A DNA stretch of 64,000 nucleotides from Coraliomargaritaceae bacterium (GTDB taxonomy: Bacteria > Verrucomicrobiota > Verrucomicrobiia > Opitutales > Coraliomargaritaceae), in the NCBI GenBank assembly GCA_965656495.1, contig CBFHKU010000006.1, positions 32,001 through 96,000 on the forward strand. Direction: 5' to 3'. The notes beneath the pieces are model-generated. The model had not been told where the DNA came from, did no database searches, and saw nothing but the letters and a program-made list of their open reading frames with translations. Numbering within the stretch: position 1 is the first letter of the stretch; each line of letters begins with the position of its first letter. The translations under genes were made by a program, and so were the position numbers. Below are positions 49,279 through 60,408 of this stretch, piece by piece.

Positions 49279-50781
49279 CTATGGATTCATCCAAGCTTCA
49301 AGACTATCAGCAAGGTAAATTTTGAAGGTGGGAAATTCGCGCACGGGATGCATGGGCAATTCATCGACGAGGCGAGGGTTTTTAAGTTGGGCGGCGAGAG
49401 GGGGTGGAATCGCGGCGCTGCTCTCGGCCCGCTTGCGCTCGACAATGACGAGGGCGGGCTTGCCGAGTTCGGGCGGGTTGAAAAAATCGAACTGATTGTT
49501 GATGAGATGGGTCGGATTCCAGAGGTGCACCCGCTTGGGATCAGGTCCGTGAAAGGCAAATTGGGAAGCGGTGAAACGGTGACCGACAAAGATGATTTGG
49601 TCGGCCTGCGGGTGGCGGGCGGTGGTTTCCTGAACGAGTTGGGGGTAACCGAGCCAGCCTCGGCGTTGGGGCTGGATGCCTTTTTCTGCCAAAGGCGCGG
49701 CGAGGGGTTCAAGCAAGGGCAGGATAATCATGATGCCCAAACTCAGGCCGCCCGCAACCCAAAGCCCGCGGTGAAACCAGCGCAGGCGGCTTGCTTCGGC
49801 GTGCGCCCAAAGCAGGATGAGCCCAAGACTGCCGGGCAGAAAGACCGCCGGCCAGTTGGGGTTGATGCGTTGGCGCAGGGCGAGGGTTGACATCAGAATC
49901 AGCCCAAGCGCCCCGAAGAGGACGCAGAAGGCAACGGCGCGATCGCGGCGTTTGCGCCAAGCGTATGCGATCGCGGGAAAGAGCAGGACGAAGAGCACCG
50001 GGGAGACCAGCGCGGCGAGCGAACCCCAGAGTTCCGCAACCCGTCCCAGGGATTTGCCGAGCGCGATGGGAGCCTGCTCAAAGTGGTGGGCGGTATGCTG
50101 AAGGGTGATCCATTCGTTTTGGGCATTCCAGAGCAGGGGCGGCAGCAAGGCGAGGAGCGAACCGAGGAGGGCAAGCCAGAATCGCGGGTCACGCAGGAGG
50201 GCGCGCTTGAAAAATAAAGCGGTCAATGCAATGAGGGGCAGTTGCACGAGCATCATTTGCTTCGAGAGATGCCCGAGCGCCAGAACCAGCGCGAGTCCCA
50301 GAAAATCGCGGTTTTGGGCAGGACCGTCCTGCAGTAGCTTTGCCGTAAAATAAAGCCCGCCCGTCCAGCAAAAGAGCAAGGGCGCGTCGATCGTGAGCAT
50401 CGAGCCCAAAAGCAGGTTTGCCGGCATGAGACCGAGGGCGAGCACTCCGTAAAGCGCGAGGCTCCGGTTTCCGGTCAGGGCATAAAGGGTGCCATGAAAA
50501 AACCAAAGGGTGCCCGCCCCCAGCAGAGTCGCGGCGGCTTTAAAAACATAGGTGTGCGCCCCAAAGAGGGCGGTTAGCCCACCGTAAAGCCAGCCAATGA
50601 GCGGCGGTTTACTGAAGTAGCCCCAGTCCGGATATTGACCCCATAGCCAATAGTAGGTTTCGTCGCCCGCCATCCCGACCGGTTCGAGCAAGTGCCAGAA
50701 CAGGCGCATGGCAGTGAGAGCCAGGATGAAAACAAGGGCGGGTTGAAGCGCGGCAGATTTTTGGATGGGTGCTGAAGTCAC
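49279..50781 (-). CDS. Second ArnT-like (GT83/GT39) glycosyltransferase
   Basis: DETYYWLW...DWGYFSKPPL, TIDAP, LSK, WNAQNEW. Confidence 0.85.
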   Translation of the reverse strand: MTSAPIQKSAALQPALVFILALTAMRLFWHLLEPVGMAGDETYYWLWGQYPDWGYFSKPPLIGWLYGGLTALFGAHTYVFKAAATLLGAGTLWFFHGTLYALTGNRSLALYGVLALGLMPANLLLGSMLTIDAPLLFCWTGGLYFTAKLLQDGPAQNRDFLGLALVLALGHLSKQMMLVQLPLIALTALFFKRALLRDPRFWLALLGSLLALLPPLLWNAQNEWITLQHTAHHFEQAPIALGKSLGRVAELWGSLAALVSPVLFVLLFPAIAYAWRKRRDRAVAFCVLFGALGLILMSTLALRQRINPNWPAVFLPGSLGLILLWAHAEASRLRWFHRGLWVAGGLSLGIMIILPLLEPLAAPLAEKGIQPQRRGWLGYPQLVQETTARHPQADQIIFVGHRFTASQFAFHGPDPKRVHLWNPTHLINNQFDFFNPPELGKPALVIVERKRAESSAAIPPPLAAQLKNPRLVDELPMHPVREFPTFKIYLADSLEAWMNP

Positions 50782-50832
50782 GGTCTGGCTGATTCACTTG
50801 AACAAGCCAGTTTCAGCCGCCCGCGACAAGAA

Positions 50833-51447
50833 TTATTCGAGTCCAAGTTTTTCGAGCTTCGGGCGAATGATCCGCGCACAGTAGGGCTGGCTCCCGTTCT
50901 GGCGGTAGTAGTCCTGATGATAATCTTCGGCGGGGTAGTAGGTCGAGGCCGCCGTGATTTCGGTCACGATCGGATCCTTAAACATCCCCTGTGCGGCAAC
51001 TTTCGATTTTTCCGCAGCGGTTTTCTGGGCTTCAGAATGATAAAAGACCGCGGAGCGGTATTGCGTCCCCACGTCGTAACCCTGCCGGTTCAAGGTCGTC
51101 GGATCATGCGAGCGCCACAACCAATCCAAGAGGGTTTCAAAGGAAATGATAGCCGGATCATAATGAATCTGCGTCACCTCCGCGTGCCCGGTGGTACCCT
51201 CGCAGACCGCCCGATAAGTCGGGTTTTCAACCGTGCCCCCCATGTAACCCGATTCCACCGCGTGCACACCGTCCAGTAATTCAAAGACCGCCTCCACGCA
51301 CCAGAAACAGCCCGCCCCGAAGGTCGCGGTTTCCAAATTTTCAGGTTCAGGCATGGGCGTTTCTTTCACAGGAGTTTTTTCGGCAGTACAGGAAGCCAGT
51401 AGAAGGAGGCTCAGCAATCCGAATAATTTTACTTTGATTATATTCAT
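50833..51447 (-). CDS. msrA: Peptide-methionine (S)-S-oxide reductase, predicted lipoprotein
   Basis: GAGCFWC, TGHAE, HDPT, QYRS, AEDYHQDY; lipobox LASC. Confidence 0.95.
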   Translation of the reverse strand: MNIIKVKLFGLLSLLLLASCTAEKTPVKETPMPEPENLETATFGAGCFWCVEAVFELLDGVHAVESGYMGGTVENPTYRAVCEGTTGHAEVTQIHYDPAIISFETLLDWLWRSHDPTTLNRQGYDVGTQYRSAVFYHSEAQKTAAEKSKVAAQGMFKDPIVTEITAASTYYPAEDYHQDYYRQNGSQPYCARIIRPKLEKLGLE

Positions 51448-51485
51448 ACCTAAGAGAGAGAAATCGCAATCCGATGTTCCTTTTT

Positions 51486-51752
51486 TTATAACGAAATGAC
51501 CCCCGGCACCTGCGCCACCCGTTGGTAGATCGCGATCACCTCATCGCAGGAATGGACCTGCATTTCCATCGTGTACGCCGTAAAACGCCCGCTTCGCGAT
51601 TCCCGCGACTGCACCGGATCATCCGCAAACAATTCCAGCACCGCCCCGGTCTGATCCTTCGGCACGATGAATTTAAACGGGAATACGCACGGCCACTCAT
51701 AGTTCGCATCCAGCGAGGACCGGAACGATTCCAGACTTTTATCTTCTGACAT
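51486..51752 (-). CDS. DUF493/YbeD-like protein
   Basis: WPCVFPFKFIVP, SRSGRF, PGVISL. Confidence 0.82.
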   Translation of the reverse strand: MSEDKSLESFRSSLDANYEWPCVFPFKFIVPKDQTGAVLELFADDPVQSRESRSGRFTAYTMEMQVHSCDEVIAIYQRVAQVPGVISL

Positions 51753-51969
51753 ACCCCCAAGCTGCACAGAACGCCCCATTTGTCACGCTCCGGCTATACC
51801 TTTGTGCTTGGGGATTGATAATGAGTTGCGTTTCGAGTGATATTTTTATGATTGTAAAAATAAAATATTTAATAAAGGTAATATATTCATAAAGTTTAAA
51901 ATTTAGGCGGGATTGTTGACAAGCAGTTGCTATGAATGCTAACCTAATAACGTGCCAAACAGGATATCT

Positions 51970-52224
51970 ATGCGAGTTATACGATTGGTCAGTCGTGGTT
52001 TTCAGGAACTATTTGCGGTGGGGCCCGTTCAGCGGAAACCACATAAACGGGGCGAATACAACCGGAACGTTTCCAAATACTTAAGGTATGGCTTCGAGAC
52101 CGCAGCGCAGGAAGCGCAAAGCATCGCTTCCCGAAAAGGCGAAAAGCTCCCCGCTCTCTTCGAAAACCCAGACCGAAGATCAAATGTTGATGCTGAGCGA
52201 GAGCCAGTTGCAACAACTCATTGA
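51970..52224 (+). CDS. Small hypothetical protein overlapping the DUF2335 gene
   Basis: ATG 51970 with AGGA RBS; TTGACA (51916)...TAACCT (51940) promoter-like upstream. Confidence 0.5.
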   Translation: MRVIRLVSRGFQELFAVGPVQRKPHKRGEYNRNVSKYLRYGFETAAQEAQSIASRKGEKLPALFENPDRRSNVDAEREPVATTH

Positions 52225-52591
52225 GAATTGTCTCCGGGAAAGAATAGAATTTCATCACTTGGAGCATTTCAGCGGCCCTTACCCGCACCCTCAACACGCC
52301 GCCGAATATTCCAAAGTCTACCCTGATTTCATGCCCCGCGTCATGGCTTTAAGCGAGCGTGAGCAGCAGAATTACCAGGAATTCAACCAACTCCAAATCG
52401 CCAATGAGTATCGGTTGCGACGTTTGGGGTTATTGTTGGCATTTGTGATTATAGCCTTATTCATAATCTCCAGTTTTTTCCTGCTTTTCTATGACCACGC
52501 CATCTCGGGTGGTCTCAATATTTTAGTAGCCACAGTGGTGAGTTATTTCGTACTGCAAAATTACCACAAGAACGCCAAGCCCGATAACTAG
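52088..52591 (+). CDS. DUF2335 family membrane protein
   Basis: FSGPYPHP...EY..V.P....RVM.L.EREQ then two TM helices. Confidence 0.78.
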   Translation: MASRPQRRKRKASLPEKAKSSPLSSKTQTEDQMLMLSESQLQQLIENCLRERIEFHHLEHFSGPYPHPQHAAEYSKVYPDFMPRVMALSEREQQNYQEFNQLQIANEYRLRRLGLLLAFVIIALFIISSFFLLFYDHAISGGLNILVATVVSYFVLQNYHKNAKPDN

Positions 52592-52666
52592 TCCCCCTAC
52601 TTGATCGACCTCACGCTTCCGGACTTGCCTCGGGCGCTGGGTCTGTTTTCTTTGAACCTTTCCCAT

Positions 52667-52755
<89 letters not shown>

Positions 52756-52815
52756 TGTTTAGGGAGAGGGCCTTGACCCCGCGTGCGGGTGTTCCGGTCT
52801 TCCGCCCCGGCGGCT

Positions 52816-53022
52816 TTAAAGTTCACGCTCGTGAATACCCGCAAGTTTCATCTGTGCTTTGAGTAAGCCTATTTTAAGGGGTTTATTGGCATGAACCGGA
52901 ACTACAATTCGTTCCTTGTGCCCGGGTTTTATGTAAATATGATGACTGCCGCTTACACGTCTGAGGGTCCATCCGTGAGCTTCAAGAATCTTACAGAAGG
53001 CTTTGCCGGAAATTTGCTTCAC
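52816..53022 (-). CDS. hicA: HicA family mRNA interferase toxin
   Basis: GTG start overlapping hicB stop; LEAHGW..RR.SGSHHIY, VPVH. Confidence 0.9.
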   Translation of the reverse strand: MKQISGKAFCKILEAHGWTLRRVSGSHHIYIKPGHKERIVVPVHANKPLKIGLLKAQMKLAGIHEREL

Positions 53023-53222
53023 ATTGCGAGTTCCAGAATTTGGCTCGTTTTGTTGTGCTTGATTTCGTCTTCGCCAACCTCCAGCCAAAGAGCAATGGCC
53101 TCTTTTAGGTTGTCGGTCAAAGCTTCGAGTGTTTCGCCCTGAGTTGAGCATCCGGGTAGCGCTGGAACTTCAGCCCAATAGCCGCCTTCTTCTGCCTCAT
53201 GTATTACCGCTTTGAATTTCAT
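53019..53222 (-). CDS. hicB: HicB family antitoxin (short, no DNA-binding domain)
   Basis: EEGGYWAEVPALPGC.TQGET......NLKEAI. Confidence 0.92.
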   Translation of the reverse strand: MKFKAVIHEAEEGGYWAEVPALPGCSTQGETLEALTDNLKEAIALWLEVGEDEIKHNKTSQILELAM

Positions 53223-53488
53223 AGGGCAACTATCTGCATCGTGAGGTGTTTTTCAATCGGATTCTTCTACTCGTAAGCCGATGCTGAGACCGGCAAGGAA
53301 TGAGGGAGGCTTCCTTTTTCGGGGCCTTCGTGTCCCGCCCCGGGCACTTTGTTTAGGGAGCGGGCCTTGACTCTGCGTGCGGGTGTTCCGGTCTTCCGCG
53401 TGGCGGAATCGGGCCTGATGGTGCGGTCTTGGGTCTGCGCTGCGGCTGTAGCCCGCATGGTAGCTGGGGTTTTGGAAGTTTCTTAAGT

Positions 53489-53504
53489 TGGCACGCGGAA
53501 TGCT
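53489..53504 (+). promoter_or_regulatory. Sigma-54 (-24/-12) promoter of amt-glnK
   Basis: TGGCAC-GCGGA-ATGCT with correct GG/GC spacing, about 90 nt before the amt start. Confidence 0.75.
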
Positions 53505-53596
53505 AAACGTATCTCACCTGCACGCAGTGCGGGTGTCGGCAGCCGTCGGTTACCGACTCTAATAACACTAAGAAACTAATCTGACTCGTTACTAAC

Positions 53597-55404
<1,808 letters not shown>

Positions 55405-55433
55405 TTAGCGGATCCAGATCAATTGAGGTTTAC

Positions 55434-55468
55434 AACGGCCATCCCCTTCGGGGGGTGGCCGTTTTTTG
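55434..55468 (+). terminator. Rho-independent terminator after first PII gene
   Basis: AACGGCCATCCCC-TTCG-GGGGGTGGCCGTTTTTT. Confidence 0.82.
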
Positions 55469-55549
55469 TTATTTACGCAAGAAACGGTTTATACTTCTCT
55501 ACTGAGATCGCGTTTCGGCGCGAAAGCAAAACTACTAACCCACTATACT

Positions 55550-56857
55550 ATGGAAAAGATCCTTCGATTATTCGTGTTTTTAATCGTGCCCTTATTGCTG
55601 GGCACGACGCTCATGGCAGAGGAAGCTGCTTTAACTGCGGAGGCGGTCTCGGCGCTGAGTTCGGGCAACACCGCCTGGATGATCACCGCAACGGTGCTGG
55701 TGCTCTTCATGACGCTGCCCGGCCTCGCGCTTTTCTACGGCGGCCTCGTGCGCTCGCAGAATGTGCTCTCGGTGTTGATGCATTGTTTCGCGATTGCGTG
55801 CCTTGCTTCGGTGCTCTGGATTGGCGGGCTTTACAGTCTGGCGTTTGCGGATGGTTCCGCTTGGTTGGGCGGGCTTTCAAAGCTCGGCCTGCAGGGGGTT
55901 GATTCCAGCAGCATGAGCGGCGACATTCCCGAGACGGTCTTTATCATGTTTCAATTGACCTTTGCGATTATCACGCCCGGACTGATCGTGGGCGCTTTTG
56001 TAGAGCGTATGAAATTTTCGGCAGTGCTGCTCTTTTCGGCACTCTGGCTTATTGTAGTCTACGCTCCAGTGGTTCACTGGGTGTGGGGCGGCGGTTGGCT
56101 CATGGACAAGGGCGTACTCGACCTTGCGGGTGGTATTGTGGTGCACGCTACTGCCGGTATTTCCGCCCTTGTTCTCGCAAAATGCCTCGGACCCCGCGAC
56201 GGGTTCCCCTCCAAGCTGCACGTGCCGCACAATCCCGGGATGGTGATGATCGGCGCCTCCATGCTCTGGGTGGGCTGGTTCGGTTTCAATGCCGGTAGCC
56301 AACTGGCTGCGAATGAAGCTGCAGGTATGACGATGCTCGTGACCCATATTTCCGCAGCGGTTGCAAGTTTGACCTGGATGACGATTGAATGGTTGAAAAC
56401 CGGCAAGCCCGGACTCGTTGGAATCGTCACCGGGATGGTTGCCGGTCTGGCGTCCATTACGCCCGCCTCCGGCAACGTCGGTCCTGTAGGTGCCATCATC
56501 ATCGGTTTCCTCGCCGGATTTATCTGTTACTTTGCCTGTGGATTTGTGAAGCAGGGGCTCAAGATTGATGATTCCCTCGATGTTTTTGCAGTTCACGGCG
56601 TGGGCGGTATCATGGGTACCCTCATGGTCGCGGTGCTGGGCACCGCCGCTTTTGGTGGTTTCGGTGTGGAGTCCATCGGGGCGCAACTCGGTACTCAGGC
56701 CTTCGCGGTGCTCGCGGTGGTGCTTTGGTCAGGGCTTGCGAGTTATCTCATTATCCTTGTTTGCCGCGTGGTGACGGGGCTTCGCGTTTCCGCTGAGGAC
56801 GAGACCACCGGGCTCGATCAGGGCGAACATGGCGAAACCGCTTATCACTTCGAGTAG
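55550..56857 (+). CDS. amtB: Ammonium transporter (AmtB-type)
   Basis: GNTAWM, LFMTLPGLALFYGG, FQLTFAIITP, DLAGG.VVH, DDSLDVFAVHG. Confidence 0.95.
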   Translation: MEKILRLFVFLIVPLLLGTTLMAEEAALTAEAVSALSSGNTAWMITATVLVLFMTLPGLALFYGGLVRSQNVLSVLMHCFAIACLASVLWIGGLYSLAFADGSAWLGGLSKLGLQGVDSSSMSGDIPETVFIMFQLTFAIITPGLIVGAFVERMKFSAVLLFSALWLIVVYAPVVHWVWGGGWLMDKGVLDLAGGIVVHATAGISALVLAKCLGPRDGFPSKLHVPHNPGMVMIGASMLWVGWFGFNAGSQLAANEAAGMTMLVTHISAAVASLTWMTIEWLKTGKPGLVGIVTGMVAGLASITPASGNVGPVGAIIIGFLAGFICYFACGFVKQGLKIDDSLDVFAVHGVGGIMGTLMVAVLGTAAFGGFGVESIGAQLGTQAFAVLAVVLWSGLASYLIILVCRVVTGLRVSAEDETTGLDQGEHGETAYHFE

Positions 56858-56919
56858 GCATTTCGCAATTGCCTCATTTGATTCAAGTTATAAACTTATA
56901 AATACTTAAACAAAATTAA

Positions 56920-57261
<342 letters not shown>

Positions 57262-57285
57262 TCGAGGGACTCTATTACCCCATAC

Positions 57286-57320
57286 AAAATCCGCTCTCCA
57301 TTCGGGGGGCGGATTTTTTT
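57286..57320 (+). terminator. Rho-independent terminator
   Basis: AAAATCCGCTCTCC-ATTC-GGGGGGCGGATTTTTTT. Confidence 0.8.
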
Positions 57321-57373
57321 GGCGATCTTGATACTTGCTGAGGTCGGGAATTATCAACTTTGCAAAATCGATA

Positions 57374-58171
57374 TCAATCTCTCCGCAGGGCAAACATCCA
57401 GTCATAAAATTCGGCGGTGCCATAAGTGACCCGTCGGGCGTTGTGGCCCTCGTTCGGGTAGCTGCGGAAACGCACCTTTGTCCCGCCCGCTTTACGTATC
57501 GCCGCAACCATGCGCTCAGAGCGGTCCGGCGGTACGACTTTATCGAGGGCGCCGACAAAGGCATAGACCGGCACTTTTGCGAGGTTCCCCGCCCATGCCT
57601 CGAGGTCTGGAGTGATGTCTTTCGGGCCTCCGTAGCCGATGCCACCCACAATGGGCGCGATCGCCGCAAAATGCTCGGGGTTGTGTCCGCCCCACATCCA
57701 ACTGCCGAAACCGCCCATACTGTTACCGGTGAGGTAGATGCGGCTTGTGTCGATCGGGAGGGTCGCTTTCAGGTGCGAGAGGAGCAGGTTCAGATCGGTA
57801 TGGTTCCAGGTCGCCCAACCGCCGTCTTTGCTTTGCCGCAGGCATTGGGGAGCGACGATCAGGCAGGGACCTTTGCGAAAACCTTGAATGCCGTCCGTCA
57901 ATTGCCGTACCTGGCTCGCGATGCGACGAACCTCATCCCCTTTGCCGCCCCCGCCGTGCAGGTAGATCAGGAGTGGCTGCTTCATTTCCCTTGCCCCGCT
58001 GCCGCCACCGCCGACTCGGAAGAGGAGGTATTCCGGGTTCAGCGCATTGGTTTTTTCCTGAAGGGCGGGGTCGAGGCGTTCCACGGTGGGCTCAACCGGT
58101 TGGGCGTAGCAGGGTAGTAAGCCGCTGAGGAGGCCGATGAAGAGTAGGGGGTATAGGATTAGAGATTGCAT
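57374..58171 (-). CDS. Secreted alpha/beta hydrolase (esterase/peptidase S9-like)
   Basis: Signal peptide, YLHGGG, IVAPQC, RIYLTGNSMGG, D.VVP, EGHN. Confidence 0.85.
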   Translation of the reverse strand: MQSLILYPLLFIGLLSGLLPCYAQPVEPTVERLDPALQEKTNALNPEYLLFRVGGGGSGAREMKQPLLIYLHGGGGKGDEVRRIASQVRQLTDGIQGFRKGPCLIVAPQCLRQSKDGGWATWNHTDLNLLLSHLKATLPIDTSRIYLTGNSMGGFGSWMWGGHNPEHFAAIAPIVGGIGYGGPKDITPDLEAWAGNLAKVPVYAFVGALDKVVPPDRSERMVAAIRKAGGTKVRFRSYPNEGHNARRVTYGTAEFYDWMFALRRD

Positions 58172-58238
58172 GGGATAAACAGAGGTGGGTTTTGGATAAA
58201 CGACAGTATGGTAATGCAGGACATACCAAGTTAAATTT

Positions 58239-58469
58239 TCAAAGCTTCGCGAGTGTCATCAATTCGGATGCACACAGTCGCAAAGCCTTTGCAACGCGAA
58301 GTATGTTGAGCAGGGAAAGGTTGCGCTCTCCACGCTCAATTGAACCCATGTAAGTACGGTGTACCCCGCATTTTTCCGCGAGGGCCTCCTGCGAGTAACC
58401 GAGTGATATTCTCTGCGCTCGTATGGCGGCACCCAGTTTTCTTTGCGCTGTTTCCAATTTAACTTCCAT
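58239..58469 (-). CDS. XRE-HTH regulator of the R-M controller (C protein) type
   Basis: SQEALA...GVHRTYMGSIERGERNLSL.NI..VAKAL; C-box upstream. Confidence 0.85.
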   Translation of the reverse strand: MEVKLETAQRKLGAAIRAQRISLGYSQEALAEKCGVHRTYMGSIERGERNLSLLNILRVAKALRLCASELMTLAKL

Positions 58470-58490
58470 GGAAACAAGTATTGCAATTTG

Positions 58491-58521
58491 GATGACTATA
58501 AATCTACAGACTATAAGTAGC
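58491..58521 (-). promoter_or_regulatory. C-box double operator
   Basis: Minus strand GC-TACT-TAT-AGTC-TGTA-GATT-TAT-AGTC-ATC, 21 nt before the ATG. Confidence 0.8.
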
Positions 58522-58767
58522 TTTTGGCTTGCAACGACTTGGGGTTGTGATGACAATAAGTAGCATACGGGCAAGGGTTACGCCGCATATCTCCGTGTTA
58601 CTCAAATTGTGGGGACGCATTTTTGGTTGGTTTGCAATAAGGATGAAGTAATCACGATTTTTTATTGTGAGCACGGGATTGAATACGTGGAGCAGATGTT
58701 TCGCTCAATCTTTGTAGAATGTCCAGAGCGGGAGCCTATTCAGCGCAACTGAGGGCAGGGGTTTTCA

Positions 58768-59109
58768 TCAGCGTTTAGAGAGTTTTGCTTTTACGCAGCC
58801 AATGCGCAAGGCGGGGTTGCGTTGGATGTAGTAAGCTGCCAGCAGTTCGACGAGTGGGATGCAGATAAAGAGATAAATGACAATGCCGCTGAGGAGGGAG
58901 TGCTTCTGGCTTTCACCGATTTGAAACCCAATAAAAAGACTCAGGCAGGCAAGCAGCAGGTATGCGATGCCAAGGCAGAGGTTTAGCCTATTGGCGGGGA
59001 GGACTTTCAGCCGGCGACCACAAAACGGACAACGCAGGCGGTTTGAAGTGAGCGCCCGCATTATCGTGAAAAGAGTAAGCGGGGTCTTGCATACGGGGCA
59101 GTACTTCAT
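58768..59109 (-). CDS. Zinc-ribbon membrane protein (CPVC-x20-CPFC plus 2 TM)
   Basis: Two CPxC motifs then hydrophobic helices; GGAGG RBS. Confidence 0.65.
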   Translation of the reverse strand: MKYCPVCKTPLTLFTIMRALTSNRLRCPFCGRRLKVLPANRLNLCLGIAYLLLACLSLFIGFQIGESQKHSLLSGIVIYLFICIPLVELLAAYYIQRNPALRIGCVKAKLSKR

Positions 59110-59408
59110 GCCAGCGCCACCTCCCTAACTGAGAACTTTCCTATTAATGATTTTTTGTCTATCTGCACGGCTACCCCTTCCTCACTCGCTTTCCCATTTT
59201 TCGCGGGGGGGGGTAGTGTATAGATGTAAATAAATTAGGCATATAGTTATCTATCGGTGAACTATTAATAATAAATGTAAATTTAAATATACACGAGAAC
59301 ACGAAAATTTTTCAAACGGATATTTAGTCCAAAGGCGAAGGGTTTGACTTCTCGATAATATCGGGGGCGCGGGGGTCGTTGCCGGCGGTTTTGTTTCTCT
59401 CGCTAAAC

Positions 59409-59852
59409 TTAATCACTGGAAGTTAGCCCTCCGGGTTCTAGTTCGCGTTCAACCCATTTTAGCTGCAGGGGTTTTCGACCTTTGATTTGTATTTCAATCC
59501 AGTCGCCATTTTTTTTGGGGATGACGGCACCTGCTTTTCCATGTTCGGTTAAAATTGAAGATTTAGCGGAACCGAGTTCCGTGAAGCCTAAAAATTGATT
59601 ACTGATAATTTCAAGGGTGAGGCCTCCGTTTCCCTTTTTGTATTTAATGATGAAGCCAAAAAATAAATGGTCTTCCGGTGGAACTTTGGAAATATGGAGC
59701 GGTTCGACGCATGAAATCGTGGCAGAAGGCGCTTCCAGTGACCAATAGCCTTTATGGTTATTGTCGAGGTCTTTAAACTGTAGATATTCAGCGGCATGGA
59801 GGCTTATCGCCACCAGTGAAACGATTGTTATAATATGGATGCGGCGTTTCAT
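59409..59852 (-). CDS. Hypothetical secreted protein
   Basis: MKRRIHIITIVSLVAISLHA signal peptide. Confidence 0.6.
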   Translation of the reverse strand: MKRRIHIITIVSLVAISLHAAEYLQFKDLDNNHKGYWSLEAPSATISCVEPLHISKVPPEDHLFFGFIIKYKKGNGGLTLEIISNQFLGFTELGSAKSSILTEHGKAGAVIPKKNGDWIEIQIKGRKPLQLKWVERELEPGGLTSSD

Positions 59853-59856
59853 TGTT

Positions 59857-60393
59857 TCATGGTCGGCTGTTTTTTCGAGGAAGGGCAATGGCGGTGACGA
59901 ATGCGAGCAGAATTAAGGTAAATCCAAGGCCGGGCGCGAGCCACATGAGTTGCGAGGGGCCGGGCTCTAAAACACTCATTTGCGGCTTATTAGGACGGTA
60001 AAACACGGACACTTGCTTTCCATTTGGATACGATTTGAGCCTAAGTTTTGGCATTATTGGGCTGTCTTTCTGAAAAAAGCGGGCGTCTCCGAAGGCAATC
60101 CGACTTCCCCTGTAATTATGGCCTCCCACTTGGTATTCATAGGAAATCACGGCCTTATAGAACGTTTCTTTTTTTATCTGCCAACCATACCACTCGGTCC
60201 CTCTTTTTTGTTCCATGCGGGACTCAATGATGTAGCCTTCTGCCTTAGGCCATTTTGAGCTTTCGCTTGCGAGTTTAATCTCTTTTAAACCGTCAACAAT
60301 CAAGTATGCCCCATAAGCCAAAAGGATTACGCCAAAAATGCGCGAGGTCTTTTGGAAGTACCTCTTGGGGTGGATGATGCCGTTTTGATGCAT
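59857..60393 (-). CDS. DUF3592-like membrane protein
   Basis: TM, S.KWP.AEG.I..S, ISYEYQV.G..Y.G.RI, YP.G..V.VFY.P..P..SVLEPG, TM. Confidence 0.8.
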   Translation of the reverse strand: MHQNGIIHPKRYFQKTSRIFGVILLAYGAYLIVDGLKEIKLASESSKWPKAEGYIIESRMEQKRGTEWYGWQIKKETFYKAVISYEYQVGGHNYRGSRIAFGDARFFQKDSPIMPKLRLKSYPNGKQVSVFYRPNKPQMSVLEPGPSQLMWLAPGLGFTLILLAFVTAIALPRKNSRP

Positions 60394-60408
60394 CTGATTT
60401 GAGCCGCT

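Noticed and set aside
53505..53596. Glutamine (glnA) riboswitch in the amt leader
   Set aside because: Two hairpins are present but I could not match the riboswitch consensus; an Rfam cmscan would decide
58564..58752. Gene divergent from the C-protein gene (possible methyltransferase remnant)
   Set aside because: A short open frame without a convincing start and without methyltransferase motifs
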